Shown here piece by piece: positions 31,798 through 41,233 of a DNA stretch of 45,008 nt. The position numbers were made by a program, and so were the translations under genes. Source of the DNA: Candidatus Brocadiia bacterium (GTDB lineage Bacteria > Planctomycetota > Brocadiia > SM23-32). The notes under the pieces were generated by a model, which saw only the letters and a list, made by a program, of their open reading frames with translations, did no database searches and was not told where the DNA came from. Position 1 is the first letter of the stretch; each line of letters starts with the position of its first letter. The DNA is taken from NCBI GenBank assembly GCA_046538485.1, contig JBKHIT010000039.1, forward strand, positions 1 to 45,008, given 5' to 3'.

Positions 31798-32745
31798 TCA
31801 TTGGATAAGAACCTTGGGGAGCCATTCCCAGGCTCCGCCCCATGTCCCCATTCCATGCTTGGGCCCGTCTGGGCCGCCGCTGGGCAGGATTACGTTCGTA
31901 GGCCAGTCGCCCCAGTAAAAGTCTTTATAGCCCAAACCCCCGGCGTAGGTGTCGTAGGCCGGATACGTGCCCACTTCGGAGGTGCTGTTAAACCACTTGA
32001 CATGGCCATCAACATAGCAGACGTTGCCACCCTGAACCGGACCGCCTTTCACGTGATTAAACTCGTTGGTTCCGCCGCGGTGCTCCTTGTATTCCTCCCC
32101 CCACATTGCGGGCATACCAACCGGCGTGCCTCCCGACCTCGGAGGTCGTTTCACACTGCCTGCCGCCTGATAGTCCTCGACACGCAGCGGCAAGTCGTTG
32201 AACGCGTAGGCAAACAGAACGTATGCCATGCGGTAATAGTTATATCGTCCGTCTTTCGTCTTCCGGACATTACTGGGACAGACAAAAATCTCGTGCGTAT
32301 TGAACCTTATGCTGTCCGTTGATGGCTCCCGATCTGCCGCGATATAACTATAATACAGGCTCCGAAACGAATCGTTATTTGCAAGCCGCCCCGTCGTTTG
32401 TTGTCCGTGCTGGCTGGCCAGCAGCAAACAGTCTCCGTTGTCGCCTCTGTACATAAAGGTGTAAAGGCCAATTTGTCGCAGGTTATTACCACATACAATG
32501 CGCCTGGCTGATTCTCGCGCCTTTTCCAGTGCCGGCATCAGCATAGCTGCGAGTATTGCAATAATGGCGATAACGACGAGAAGTTCTATCAGCGTGAATG
32601 CCGATGCGGCCTGTTCGGCCTCACTACTCCGGTTCGGGTTGAACCCGCGGGCGGTGCCCGCAGTTTTGAGAGATTGCCATATGCACCCGGAAGGTTTTCT
32701 CATCTTATAGCTGTTTTCCATATTCGCACCTCCCATCCAATTCAA
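31798..32745 (-). CDS. Prepilin-type N-methylation protein (DUF1559-like, H-X9-DG)
   Basis: [54 protein letters not shown]. Start uncertain. Confidence 0.9.
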   Translation of the reverse strand: MNWMGGANMENSYKMRKPSGCIWQSLKTAGTARGFNPNRSSEAEQAASAFTLIELLVVIAIIAILAAMLMPALEKARESARRIVCGNNLRQIGLYTFMYRGDNGDCLLLASQHGQQTTGRLANNDSFRSLYYSYIAADREPSTDSIRFNTHEIFVCPSNVRKTKDGRYNYYRMAYVLFAYAFNDLPLRVEDYQAAGSVKRPPRSGGTPVGMPAMWGEEYKEHRGGTNEFNHVKGGPVQGGNVCYVDGHVKWFNSTSEVGTYPAYDTYAGGLGYKDFYWGDWPTNVILPSGGPDGPKHGMGTWGGAWEWLPKVLIQ

Positions 32746-32973
32746 GAGCTTCTCCTATATAGTATCTCTCACATCCCGGAGATGCAAAAAATTCCCGGAT
32801 GGGACAAAGCCTTCACTCTGTCGGTTGATACAGCACCTTCGCCGAGCGGGCATGATGCCACAGTAGAGATACAGACATCACCGATTGCAACATGCCAGAG
32901 GGGATTCCGTTTTTAGACCCCAGTAGCGAATGGCAAAATATCTTTTGGGCATACTCCTTTTATAACTGGCAAG

Positions 32974-33436
32974 AGGGGACGTACGATCGCATCTCGTTGC
33001 TCAGGATATCGTTACGTATTTTAAGGGGCCTCTCAGAGGGCTTAGAAGCGATTTTCACCCCCCTTAAATCAACTGTAAGGCGGCGATACCTCCTGTGCGC
33101 GCCATGTGCTCTCCTCGTCCTTCTCCACCGGGGCGAGTTCAATGCGCCGTCGCCCGAGCCGGCCTCTCTCATGGCAGAAAGCATAGGGGCATTTTACCGT
33201 CTGGGGGGCGGGTTTTAAAGAATTACTCCGGGAGAACGGACAATGTGACTCGGGAATAAACGTTTGATGCCACGCGACCTGATAGCGAGTGGAAGATGAT
33301 TTGCCAGCGGTAACGGGTGAGAGAGAGCCGTTTAGAATCCGAAAACACCCCCCGAAAAACGGATGTAAGGCCCTCTGAGAGGGTGTCTATTGTCGTATCC
33401 TGTTATTTTGCAGCGACATGCGATGGTACGTCCCCT
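32974..33436 (-). mobile_element. Non-autonomous, internally deleted derivative of a RAYT/HUH element (MITE-like)
   Basis: Imperfect terminal IRs AGGGGACGTAC[G/C]ATCGCAT[C/G]TCG[T/C]TGC; subterminal TTAG..TAAG hairpins; minus strand retains LGRRRIELAPVEKDEESTWRAQEVSPPYS*, homologous to the C-terminus of the 37205-37942 transposase. Confidence 0.85.
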
Positions 33437-33467
33437 TTATCTGACAGATCTTTTTCTTCCCTTGCTG

Positions 33468-33479
33468 TGGTCCGACCCC
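33468..33479 (-). repeat. Solo element terminus (GGGGTCGGACCA)
   Basis: TGGTCCGACCCC identical to the transposase-element terminal IR. Confidence 0.7.
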
Positions 33480-33531
33480 GTACCACAGGGCCCGTACAGC
33501 ACCGAATAACAACCCCATTACCCCCGCAAAA

Positions 33532-34992
33532 TCATTTCGCTCCGCGCGTGCCTGTGTTGCGTAGCTGGACATCGATAAGCCGGATCGATACGTCATCGTT
33601 GGCGCCAGATAGCCCACCGTACCTTCCTCCATCATCTTTCCCGTTTCTTCCAACACTGTAGATGACCCGTCCCTTTTCTGTAATCTCATATTTCAAGGAA
33701 GACTCACAAAAAGGATCTTGTAGACCCGATTTCTTTAGACTACCAAGATCCTCGGGCCAACGTCCATATTCACGCCGGTATATTTCAGCCAGAAGTCCAG
33801 CTCGTATGACTCTTAGCTCGGCGCGGTACTGCGAAATTTCTATGATTGATCGCAGCAAACCTGCATAGCCCACATCCAGATCAGCCTCTTGAGCAAGCAT
33901 GTTTCTGCACCTTCCGGCCAACGCTGCTTCGGACAATTTCTTGGCATCTTGCTGCACTTGCAAGAGTTTCCTTACCTTCCCAGCCACACGTAATTTGTAT
34001 GAACCGGGACATATTGCTGACCATCCACGGAACCAGCGTAAACTCTCTCGAAGTTTCATAGACGGGACAAGGGTAAGGTCTTCCGCTACCCAGCGAGGCA
34101 CCGGCTCATCCATATCTTCGTAGTAGCGCTTGCTTTCATTTGCCACCCGCAAAAACCACAGGTCAAAATTCTCTAGCCACCTTCGAGCAAGCTGGAGCTC
34201 AGCAAGACACTGAGCTTCAAGGCTTATAGCCTTTGCCTCGTTCCGAAGAAGATTACAACTTTTCTCAAGCAAGCGGCTGTCAGGCTCCATCTGCGATAGT
34301 AGATACTGAAATGAGTCCAGCAGGTAAGATCCCAAACTAGAGCGCGTCAGCCATACTCCGAAAGGCGCTTGTGTGCTCAGCAAGCTACTCAATCTCAGCA
34401 TGTCATTGCACGACTTAACAGCCTGTTCATCATCCCCTCTACACACGCTCCGGAAACAGAGCAGACGCTGAGTCCGGAAGGCCTGCCGCAACCCATCCTG
34501 CACTCGCCCCATATCGCAGACCGACTTGTTACCAAATGACAGTAGACTTATCCCCAAACTTTTTGACGATGAAACTTTGTCCAGCAAAGCCAAATACGCA
34601 CTGTTTGCCTCAATATACCTTTCCACTTTTGCACACCAATCCCCACTTTCCAGCGCCTTGCCCTGGGGGAGATCCATCACAGCGGAAAGCTCAATTGGCA
34701 GATCTTGCTGTTGCACTGGAGCTGCACCCGCAAGTAGGTAGAGGCGTATTTTGGCTCTCTTTTTTGCTGGCATCCAGGCAGAGGGATCGGCTGTCGAAAC
34801 CCCGACATTGTCCAAGTGCGAAAGCAATTGACGTCGCGCCCCTTCTCCCCGGTGGTTCGTGACGACAACATAACCAGTCAAAACAGCAAAGCAAACGGCA
34901 AGTACCCAAAGGCTGCCGTTGGCAAGTTTTGGAAGCCAACGGAAAAACGGATTGCTCTTTTTGCTTTTCAGGATCTTTTCGCCTGTAGACAT
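33532..34992 (-). CDS. Membrane-anchored hypothetical protein with GspG-like C-terminal motif, directly downstream of RHS
   Basis: N-terminal TM segment; C-terminal YRREYGRWPEDL..DPF..YSVGRNGKDDGG. ATG 34992 with GGAG RBS (ORF track starts at 35163, overlapping RHS). Confidence 0.7.
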   Translation of the reverse strand: MSTGEKILKSKKSNPFFRWLPKLANGSLWVLAVCFAVLTGYVVVTNHRGEGARRQLLSHLDNVGVSTADPSAWMPAKKRAKIRLYLLAGAAPVQQQDLPIELSAVMDLPQGKALESGDWCAKVERYIEANSAYLALLDKVSSSKSLGISLLSFGNKSVCDMGRVQDGLRQAFRTQRLLCFRSVCRGDDEQAVKSCNDMLRLSSLLSTQAPFGVWLTRSSLGSYLLDSFQYLLSQMEPDSRLLEKSCNLLRNEAKAISLEAQCLAELQLARRWLENFDLWFLRVANESKRYYEDMDEPVPRWVAEDLTLVPSMKLRESLRWFRGWSAICPGSYKLRVAGKVRKLLQVQQDAKKLSEAALAGRCRNMLAQEADLDVGYAGLLRSIIEISQYRAELRVIRAGLLAEIYRREYGRWPEDLGSLKKSGLQDPFCESSLKYEITEKGRVIYSVGRNGKDDGGRYGGLSGANDDVSIRLIDVQLRNTGTRGAK

Positions 34993-35044
34993 TTGCAACT
35001 CTCCTGTAACCCATACTCCACCAAAGCCGTTCCTTACATACAAC

Positions 35045-37078
35045 TCACCAAATCCCACCTTCAACGCACTCCCGCCAATCTCGAATCTCACTTGGTCGTG
35101 GGAGACCCCTGGGCGGATAATGCCAGCAATTCTGAACAGCTTCCTTTGTGTCGTGCTTTCCAAAATAGGTTAAAAGTTGCACCGCTCCCCCCACCGGAAT
35201 AGGAGGCCCGCCAAGCGAGATGCTATGTTTACTTTTCACCTGGAAAGTAGTTTCTGTGTTCAGTGTGTAACGCACACCAAGATGCACAGAAGTCTTTATC
35301 CCGTCTTTCTTGCAACACTTCGGACATAGCCATGTGACTCGGACAGTTGCGCGCCAGCAGCACAAAGGATATGCATGGTATCTGCCTCCAAGACCGCCGA
35401 CTTTCAACCCCGGAGCAACTGCAAAAAGATGCCAATCCACAACCAAGTTTGGATGCATCCAGAGAAGTGTACACTTGACCGTGCGCGGATTAATCCACCC
35501 CAATCCTTTGCTGTCCACCTTAACCAGAGGATTATTGCCCACAAAGACAAAAAGATTCAAAGAGTCAGTATACCCCACCGGATCCCTCTGCAAAAACCTC
35601 CCCAGCTCGCTACTCATCATTCGGTTGCGTAAGTAATATAGGCCCGTCTCAGGATCCAGTCTTCTCCCCTGGAACATATACGGATTGCCGACGGCGCTTT
35701 GCTGGCGCTCGTTGCCCTGTTCATCCAGTATCGTGGGCTCGCCGTAGGCGCTGTAGCGGTAGCGTTCGACGACGTCGCCATCCTCGTCGGTCAGCGCGCG
35801 GACGTTGTAGAGGTTGTTGGTGTGGTAGTAATAGGTCCGGCCCCCTGTGCTGCCCATATTTGTCATCGTCACGGGCTCGTCGATGTAGGAGCCGTAGGTA
35901 TACGTCTTCTCCACGCTTCCCGAGCCGTCCCGCTCCTCCACCACCTGCCAGCCGTCGTAGACGTATTCAGTGGTGCCATTAAAACCGGTGGAGTTAGTAA
36001 CGGTTTTGGTGATCCGGCGGTTCTGCGTGTCATACGTGCAGGTGGCGATCACCGCATCGTCCGACTTGCGCGTGACCGTCTTCAGGCGGTTGAACGCATC
36101 ATAGGCATACTCGTATTCATCGTCCTCGATGAGATTGCCGTTATCGTCGTAGATCAGATTGAGTCCGCCATCGTAGCGTTCAATCAGCTCGTTCACCACG
36201 TTGTGGTCGCGGTCATCCGCTGTGCCGTCGGTGGTGGTAAGATCCCAATTCCCGACCGGGTCCAAGTTCCACGTCTGATCGGCCTGCATCGTGACGATGC
36301 CGTCCTTGTCCCCGTTCAGCTCGCCCCGATCCCAGTCGGTCAGCCGATCCCGGCTGTCGTAGCCGTAGAGCTCACTCTGATCGGGATCTCTGAGGTCTTC
36401 CTGATACAATTTATTCCCCACCTCGTCGTATCCGTAAGCGAAACCGGCGATCATGTTTCCATCCTTATTGTACTCCCGGTCCGTCATGCGACCAAGTTCA
36501 TCGTGCTGATTTGTCAGCTCCACGCCGTTGCCGAACGTCGCGCCGGTGACTTGGTTGCGGCTGTCATAGCTGTAATCGACGACGGGGCTGCCGTCGCGTT
36601 TTACCGCATCCAGGTTCCCCGCCGCGTCGTATGATCGGGTCACCTGGGTTCCATTCGGATATTCGATCTCCGTGCGACGCGAGCCGGTGTAGGAGCTCTG
36701 GACGGTGTAACCGTTCACCGTCTCCGTCGTGGTGCGGCCGAGCGCGTCGTAGCTTTTGCTCACGCCGGCGTCGTCGCCCGAATCGTTCGGATCGTTGTTG
36801 TCGGTGGAGCTGAGCAGGCGGCCGGCCTCATCGTAGGAAAAAGTCTGCTCGGTGGTGCCGATCACTCCCTCGGCGCGGTCCACGCTGCGTTCGGTGAGCC
36901 TGCCCGCCGCATCATAGCTGCTGGTGATGACGCTGCCGTTCTGGTCGGTGCTTTCGGTAAGGCGTCCGGCCAGGTCATACTGGTAGGTTTTGGTGGTGCC
37001 GTCGGCGAAGGTTTCTTCCGTGCGGCGTCCGGCCAGATCATAGCTGTACTGCGTCTTGTTGCCGTTCTGATCCTCCAC
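35045..37078 (-). CDS. RHS/YD-repeat protein with RHS-associated core and variable C-terminal (putative toxin) domain; N-terminally truncated
   Basis: YD repeats, NPYMFQGRRLDPETGLYY..GRFLQRDP.G..N.F.FV.NNP..DSKGL. The reading frame is open to about 37105, next to the element terminus. Confidence 0.9.
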   Translation of the reverse strand: MEDQNGNKTQYSYDLAGRRTEETFADGTTKTYQYDLAGRLTESTDQNGSVITSSYDAAGRLTERSVDRAEGVIGTTEQTFSYDEAGRLLSSTDNNDPNDSGDDAGVSKSYDALGRTTTETVNGYTVQSSYTGSRRTEIEYPNGTQVTRSYDAAGNLDAVKRDGSPVVDYSYDSRNQVTGATFGNGVELTNQHDELGRMTDREYNKDGNMIAGFAYGYDEVGNKLYQEDLRDPDQSELYGYDSRDRLTDWDRGELNGDKDGIVTMQADQTWNLDPVGNWDLTTTDGTADDRDHNVVNELIERYDGGLNLIYDDNGNLIEDDEYEYAYDAFNRLKTVTRKSDDAVIATCTYDTQNRRITKTVTNSTGFNGTTEYVYDGWQVVEERDGSGSVEKTYTYGSYIDEPVTMTNMGSTGGRTYYYHTNNLYNVRALTDEDGDVVERYRYSAYGEPTILDEQGNERQQSAVGNPYMFQGRRLDPETGLYYLRNRMMSSELGRFLQRDPVGYTDSLNLFVFVGNNPLVKVDSKGLGWINPRTVKCTLLWMHPNLVVDWHLFAVAPGLKVGGLGGRYHAYPLCCWRATVRVTWLCPKCCKKDGIKTSVHLGVRYTLNTETTFQVKSKHSISLGGPPIPVGGAVQLLTYFGKHDTKEAVQNCWHYPPRGLPRPSEIRDWRECVEGGIW

Positions 37079-37113
37079 CCACAGGAGGTTGCCCTCACCG
37101 TCCAGTTACTCTC

Positions 37114-38100
37114 ATAGGGGTCGGACCATAACATATCGTTGCTGATACTCACTTTACCACTTTTCAGGGGCCGCTCAGAGGGCTTAGAAGCGTTTTTCAC
37201 CCCCTCAAAAATGGCTGTAAGAGGGCGAAGCTTCTCTGACGCGCCAGCTATCCTCTCCTGGATCGCCAGTAGGCTCCAGTTTTATCCGGGCTCTCCTTCC
37301 AAGTTTCTCAGCCACCTCCTCCACAAAACTCTCACTTCCCACCGCCACCGACTCGGTCCACTGAGGCTGCCGCGCTAGCCTGTGTCCACTCACACGTGAA
37401 TCAATCAGCGCGCGGTATCTCTCCCTCAACTCATCGGCACCAGCTACCCTCAAATCATCCATCAGTTTCTGCCGGTCCAGCACCCGATATCTTTCACGCA
37501 GTCCAACCACTTCCCGGTACCCGCACCACTCCCACTCACGCGGATGCCCTGCCACCCCGGCTCGCACCATATTCATATCCACATACAACAGACATCTCCA
37601 CAGGTGCTCCCCGCTCTCGATCATGGTGCATCCATACCGTCCCTCCCAGAATGCTCCTTTTCGCCCTTTCCTCACGTTATACTCACTGGCGGTGCATCCG
37701 GCAGCCAGCTGCATCATCGAGCTGACCTTCTGCTGCTGTTCTCCGCTGACCACCAGGTGAACGTGGTTGGATGTGATGCAGTATCCCAGCACCGACACCC
37801 CATGTCGGCTCATTCCTTCCCGCAACCATTCCCTGTAGGTGTCACGATCCTTCTGAAACCGAAGCAGAAACTCCCTGTCGTGGCAGCGGTGGGTCAGGTG
37901 ATAGGCGTGTCCCGGCATTATGTATCTGTTGGCTCGTGGCATAACATCCTCAATCTTAGCCAAACCAGCCCTCTTGTGCAACCACACCACCCGTTAGCGC
38001 CGTTTTTCATGGGGTGAAAAGCCGCTCTAACGCCATATAAGCACCCCTGTGTTGTCGTAACAACTGGCTCAGACTACTTATATCGTGGTCCGACCCCTAT
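37114..38100 (-). mobile_element. RAYT/HUH (Y1) transposase element with ~105-bp imperfect terminal inverted repeats
   Basis: Perfect 15-bp IR ATAGGGGTCGGACCA (37114-37128 / 38086-38100); CAGGGG box 48 nt inside both ends; subterminal hairpins. Confidence 0.85.
37205..37942 (-). CDS. REP-associated tyrosine transposase (RAYT, IS200/IS605-like Y1 HUH superfamily)
   Basis: MPR..R..PG..YHLTHRC, YCITSNHVHL (HUH), G.FWEGRY, and YVDMNMVRAG..HP.EW.W motifs; GAGG RBS before ATG 37942. Confidence 0.92.
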   Translation of the reverse strand: MPRANRYIMPGHAYHLTHRCHDREFLLRFQKDRDTYREWLREGMSRHGVSVLGYCITSNHVHLVVSGEQQQKVSSMMQLAAGCTASEYNVRKGRKGAFWEGRYGCTMIESGEHLWRCLLYVDMNMVRAGVAGHPREWEWCGYREVVGLRERYRVLDRQKLMDDLRVAGADELRERYRALIDSRVSGHRLARQPQWTESVAVGSESFVEEVAEKLGRRARIKLEPTGDPGEDSWRVREASPSYSHF

Positions 38101-38105
38101 ACCCT

Positions 38106-38295
38106 AACGGCAGGTATCTCGCAGAGGCGCAGGTAGCGCAGAGAACGGCGGGAAGAAATTAACATGTTAATTAGCGATATTTTTCTTAGAACCCTCTTTT
38201 TACCCCCAAAAAGTGCCTTCTAAGCTCTATATAGCGCCCTTTTTTGGTCTATCTGCCTGCCAATAAAAGATTTGCTCCGGTCCGACCCCAAGTAC
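38106..38295 (+). repeat. ~190-bp direct repeat, copy 1 (solo element end plus CGCAGAG-type short repeats)
   Basis: Near-identical to 39638-39829; ends in CCGGTCCGACCCCAAGTAC; contains the CTTAGAA...TTCTAAG hairpin. Confidence 0.9.
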
Positions 38296-39637
38296 CACCC
38301 ATTTTGTTCATAAAGTTCTGATATTTTCCACATGGATCAGATTCCGCATTCCAGCACTCACCAAGCGTCTCCATTGCCTCCAATGTTGGAAGTGCAAAAA
38401 AACTGTCCATTTTGTTCATCGCAACTTCAGCCGTTTTCGCTGCCCTTTTAAGACGGTTTTTCCATACTTTGTTACAGCTCTCTATTTTGTCAATCTTCAG
38501 CCCTTTGGGATCCGTAACAGTGGTCGGAACATTCCCTACAAACAGATACAAGTTGTAAGCGTCTTCATACCCCATCGGATCACGCGTCACAAAGCGGCCG
38601 AGCGCTGCCGAGTAGTAGCGGTTGCGGTAGTAATAGAGGCCGGTCTCTGCGTCTAACCGCCGGCCCTGGAACATGTAAGGGTTGCCGACGACGGATTTTC
38701 CGCGCTCGGTGCCGTCGGGATCAAGGATTTTCGGTTCGCCGTAGGCGCTGTATTTATACCGCTCCACCACCCGACCCCGTTCATCAGTCAGAGCGCGGAC
38801 GTTGTAGAGGTTGTTGGTGTGGTAGTAGAACGTCCCGCTTCGGCCAGCGCCGGAAGTGGTCATCGTGATTGGCTCGTCGATGTAGCTGCCATACGTGTAG
38901 GTGCGGACGGTTTCGCCACCCGAGCCACCTCCTGGACCACTCTGGCCTTCTCCTTTGCCTTTGCCCTGTCCGTTCCCTCCGCCTCCACCGCGAACTTCGT
39001 GTTCTTCCACCATCTGCCATCCGTCATACGCATATGCAACGCTGGCAGAGCCACCGACCGAGTCGCCGGCAGAGCCGGTTTTCTTCTTGGTACGGCGATT
39101 CTGGGTGTCATAGGTATATTCGGCGATGACTTTGTCGTTGGATTTGTCCGTGACCTCGACGAGCCGATTGAAGGCGTCGTAGGCGTATTCGTATTCATCG
39201 TCCTCAATCAGATTCCCGTTGTCGTCGTAGCGGAGATCGGCTGTGAGGCCGTTTTCGCGGTGGGTCAGCTCATTGACGTAATTATGATCGCGGGTCTCCG
39301 TCACACCGTCGAAGGCCGTCTCGTCCCAGTTGCCCACCGGGTCCAGGTTCCACGTCTGATCGGCCTCGGTCGTTACGATATCATCCTTCTCGGCGTTCAG
39401 CTCGCCGCGTTCCCACTCGGTGAGCCTATCGAGATCGTCATAGTCATACAGCTCGCTGTCGGCCGCCACGCGCAAATCTTCCTGGTATTCCTTGTTCCCC
39501 ATGCCGTCGTACCCGTAAGAGTAACCGGCGATAAGTGTCTGGTTTTTATGATACTCCCGTTTGGTGATCCTGTAAAGCGAATCGCGCTGGTTTGTAAGCT
39601 CCACATCGTTGCCGAGAGGATCGGTGACAAAAACAGC
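38296..39637 (-). pseudogene. Orphan RHS core plus C-terminal fragment, truncated at both ends by the direct repeats
   Basis: Core closely similar to 35045-37078 (QTWNLDPVGNWD, YDDNGNLIEDDEYEYAYDAFNRL, YHTNNLYNVRALTDE), DPKGL, then a different C-terminus. The ORF 38249-39661 starts and stops inside the repeats. Confidence 0.85.
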
Positions 39638-39864
39638 AACGGCAGGTATCTCGCAGGGCACGCAGGGAGCGCAGAGAACGGCGGGGAGGAAATGGACATG
39701 TCAATGAGCGATATTTTTCTTAGAACCCTCTTTTTGCCCCCAAAAAGTGCCTTCTAAGCTCTATATAGCGCCCTTTTTTGATCTATCTGACTGACACTAA
39801 AACACTTGCTCCGGTCCGACCCCAAGTACTCAAAAAGACTTGCCCCGGTCCGACCCCAAGTACT
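39638..39864 (+). repeat. ~190-bp direct repeat, copy 2, plus tandem extra terminus
   Basis: Matches 38106-38295; ACTTGC[T/C]CCGGTCCGACCCCAAGTACT occurs at both 39804-39830 and 39838-39864. Confidence 0.9.
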
Positions 39865-40021
39865 AAAAAATTGCTGTATGTGATCCGGCAGCTCATATAT
39901 ACAGTTAATCCCCAAATTCAGATCCCTCTTTTTTCTCCAGAAAAGCGTAGTTGATTGGGAACATCTCTATTTAAAGCCCCGATTCCAAATCTTCCACCAT
40001 GGATTGATCTTCCCCATCCCA

Positions 40022-40471
40022 CTATCTATTCGATAATTCTTCTTGAAGGTCTTCAACCAAGACCTCTGAGGCAGGATAATCCGTAAGATCCAATACAAGA
40101 TTATCCAATTGGACCAGAACTTGATCATATTCTTCCCCTTCTTCAATTGCGTTATCAATTTTTTGCTGCCCATCATCAGCTTGTAAGTCAAATACAAATA
40201 CTCCCACACTTCCTTTTTTTATTGCCAGCCCTTCCCAATCTTCAGCAGGAATTTCCGCAAGAGTTTCTTCTCTTACCCGCTCCCCCACATCTTTATCTGT
40301 TGTCATACGGAGTTCTATTTCGTGGCCTGCCGATTCAAGTGCAGCTACTACGTCGTCCACCGTATGATGGGGCTTTGGCGCTTCTTCACTTCCACAGCCG
40401 CCAGAAACAAGGGCTAATACTGACACTGCAATTGCTGCCACGATCTCAAAATGTCCTTTCTTTCTTAGCAT
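40022..40471 (-). CDS. Putative lipoprotein (paralog of 40703-41200)
   Basis: GGAGG RBS, hydrophobic leader ending SGGC, PHHTVDDV..ALE..G.EIE.R.TTD..PAEDW. Confidence 0.75.
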   Translation of the reverse strand: MLRKKGHFEIVAAIAVSVLALVSGGCGSEEAPKPHHTVDDVVAALESAGHEIELRMTTDKDVGERVREETLAEIPAEDWEGLAIKKGSVGVFVFDLQADDGQQKIDNAIEEGEEYDQVLVQLDNLVLDLTDYPASEVLVEDLQEELSNR

Positions 40472-40702
40472 AAAATTCCTCCGAAAAAACAATTATTCTG
40501 ATTCCAAGTCTCCAACGCGATACAATCCCTGAATTGCCAAGCTTTTCTTTTTAGGCCCACAAAGCGAGCTCACAAATATCGGATTAACATTGCCATCGGC
40601 CCGCTCCGGCCTTTCTTTTTTCTTCTGTAACGCTTAGGACGGCATTGGTTTTTAAACACTCACCCACCATACACAATCAAAGAGTAAAAAACCAAGCGAC
40701 AT

Positions 40703-41200
40703 TTACAGCTCTTCCTCAAGCAGCTCCACAAGACCTTCCGGATCGTGATATAATGTGAGCTCTAACAGTAGGTTGTCGACTTGAAGAAATACATCCCTGT
40801 ATTCTTTAACTTCTTCCACCCGGTCTTCAATGTATCCCCTCATATTGTCTTTAGATAAATCAAAAACATAGATGCCTACCTCCCTTCCACCTGGAGACAC
40901 TCCTTCGAGAATATCTCCGCCCAATGTTAGTGTATCCCAATCTTCCGCAGGAACCCCATCCAGCCTCCGCTGTCTAGCCCTTTCACCATCCGAAAGATCT
41001 GTAGTAAGACGTTCTTCTATTTCATACCCCCGGCCTTCCAATGCTTCCATTACATCCTCGACCGTATGATGTGGAACGCCAACGTCTTCTTTTTGATTTG
41101 TTACTTCAACACCGTCTTCTTGCCCACATCCCGTAAGAAAGAAAGCTGCACATAAAGCGGCGCCTGCAATCAATTTTAAAAGCATTTTCCTTTTCATCAT
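40703..41200 (-). CDS. Putative lipoprotein
   Basis: AGGAGG RBS, LTGC lipobox, PHHTVEDV..ALE..G.EIE.R.TTD..PAEDW. Confidence 0.8.
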   Translation of the reverse strand: MMKRKMLLKLIAGAALCAAFFLTGCGQEDGVEVTNQKEDVGVPHHTVEDVMEALEGRGYEIEERLTTDLSDGERARQRRLDGVPAEDWDTLTLGGDILEGVSPGGREVGIYVFDLSKDNMRGYIEDRVEEVKEYRDVFLQVDNLLLELTLYHDPEGLVELLEEEL

Positions 41201-41233
41201 GTTTCCTCCTGAAGGTTTGAAGGTTAAAAAAGA

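Noticed and set aside
36862..37200. 112-aa ORF starting in the element end
   Set aside because: Chimeric read-through from the IR into an off-frame of the RHS gene.
37114..38100. Tn3-family transposon (GGGG-starting IRs)
   Set aside because: The enclosed protein is a ~245-aa HUH/Y1 enzyme, not a ~1000-aa DDE TnpA. There is no 38-bp GGGG..TAAG IR or 5-bp target duplication.
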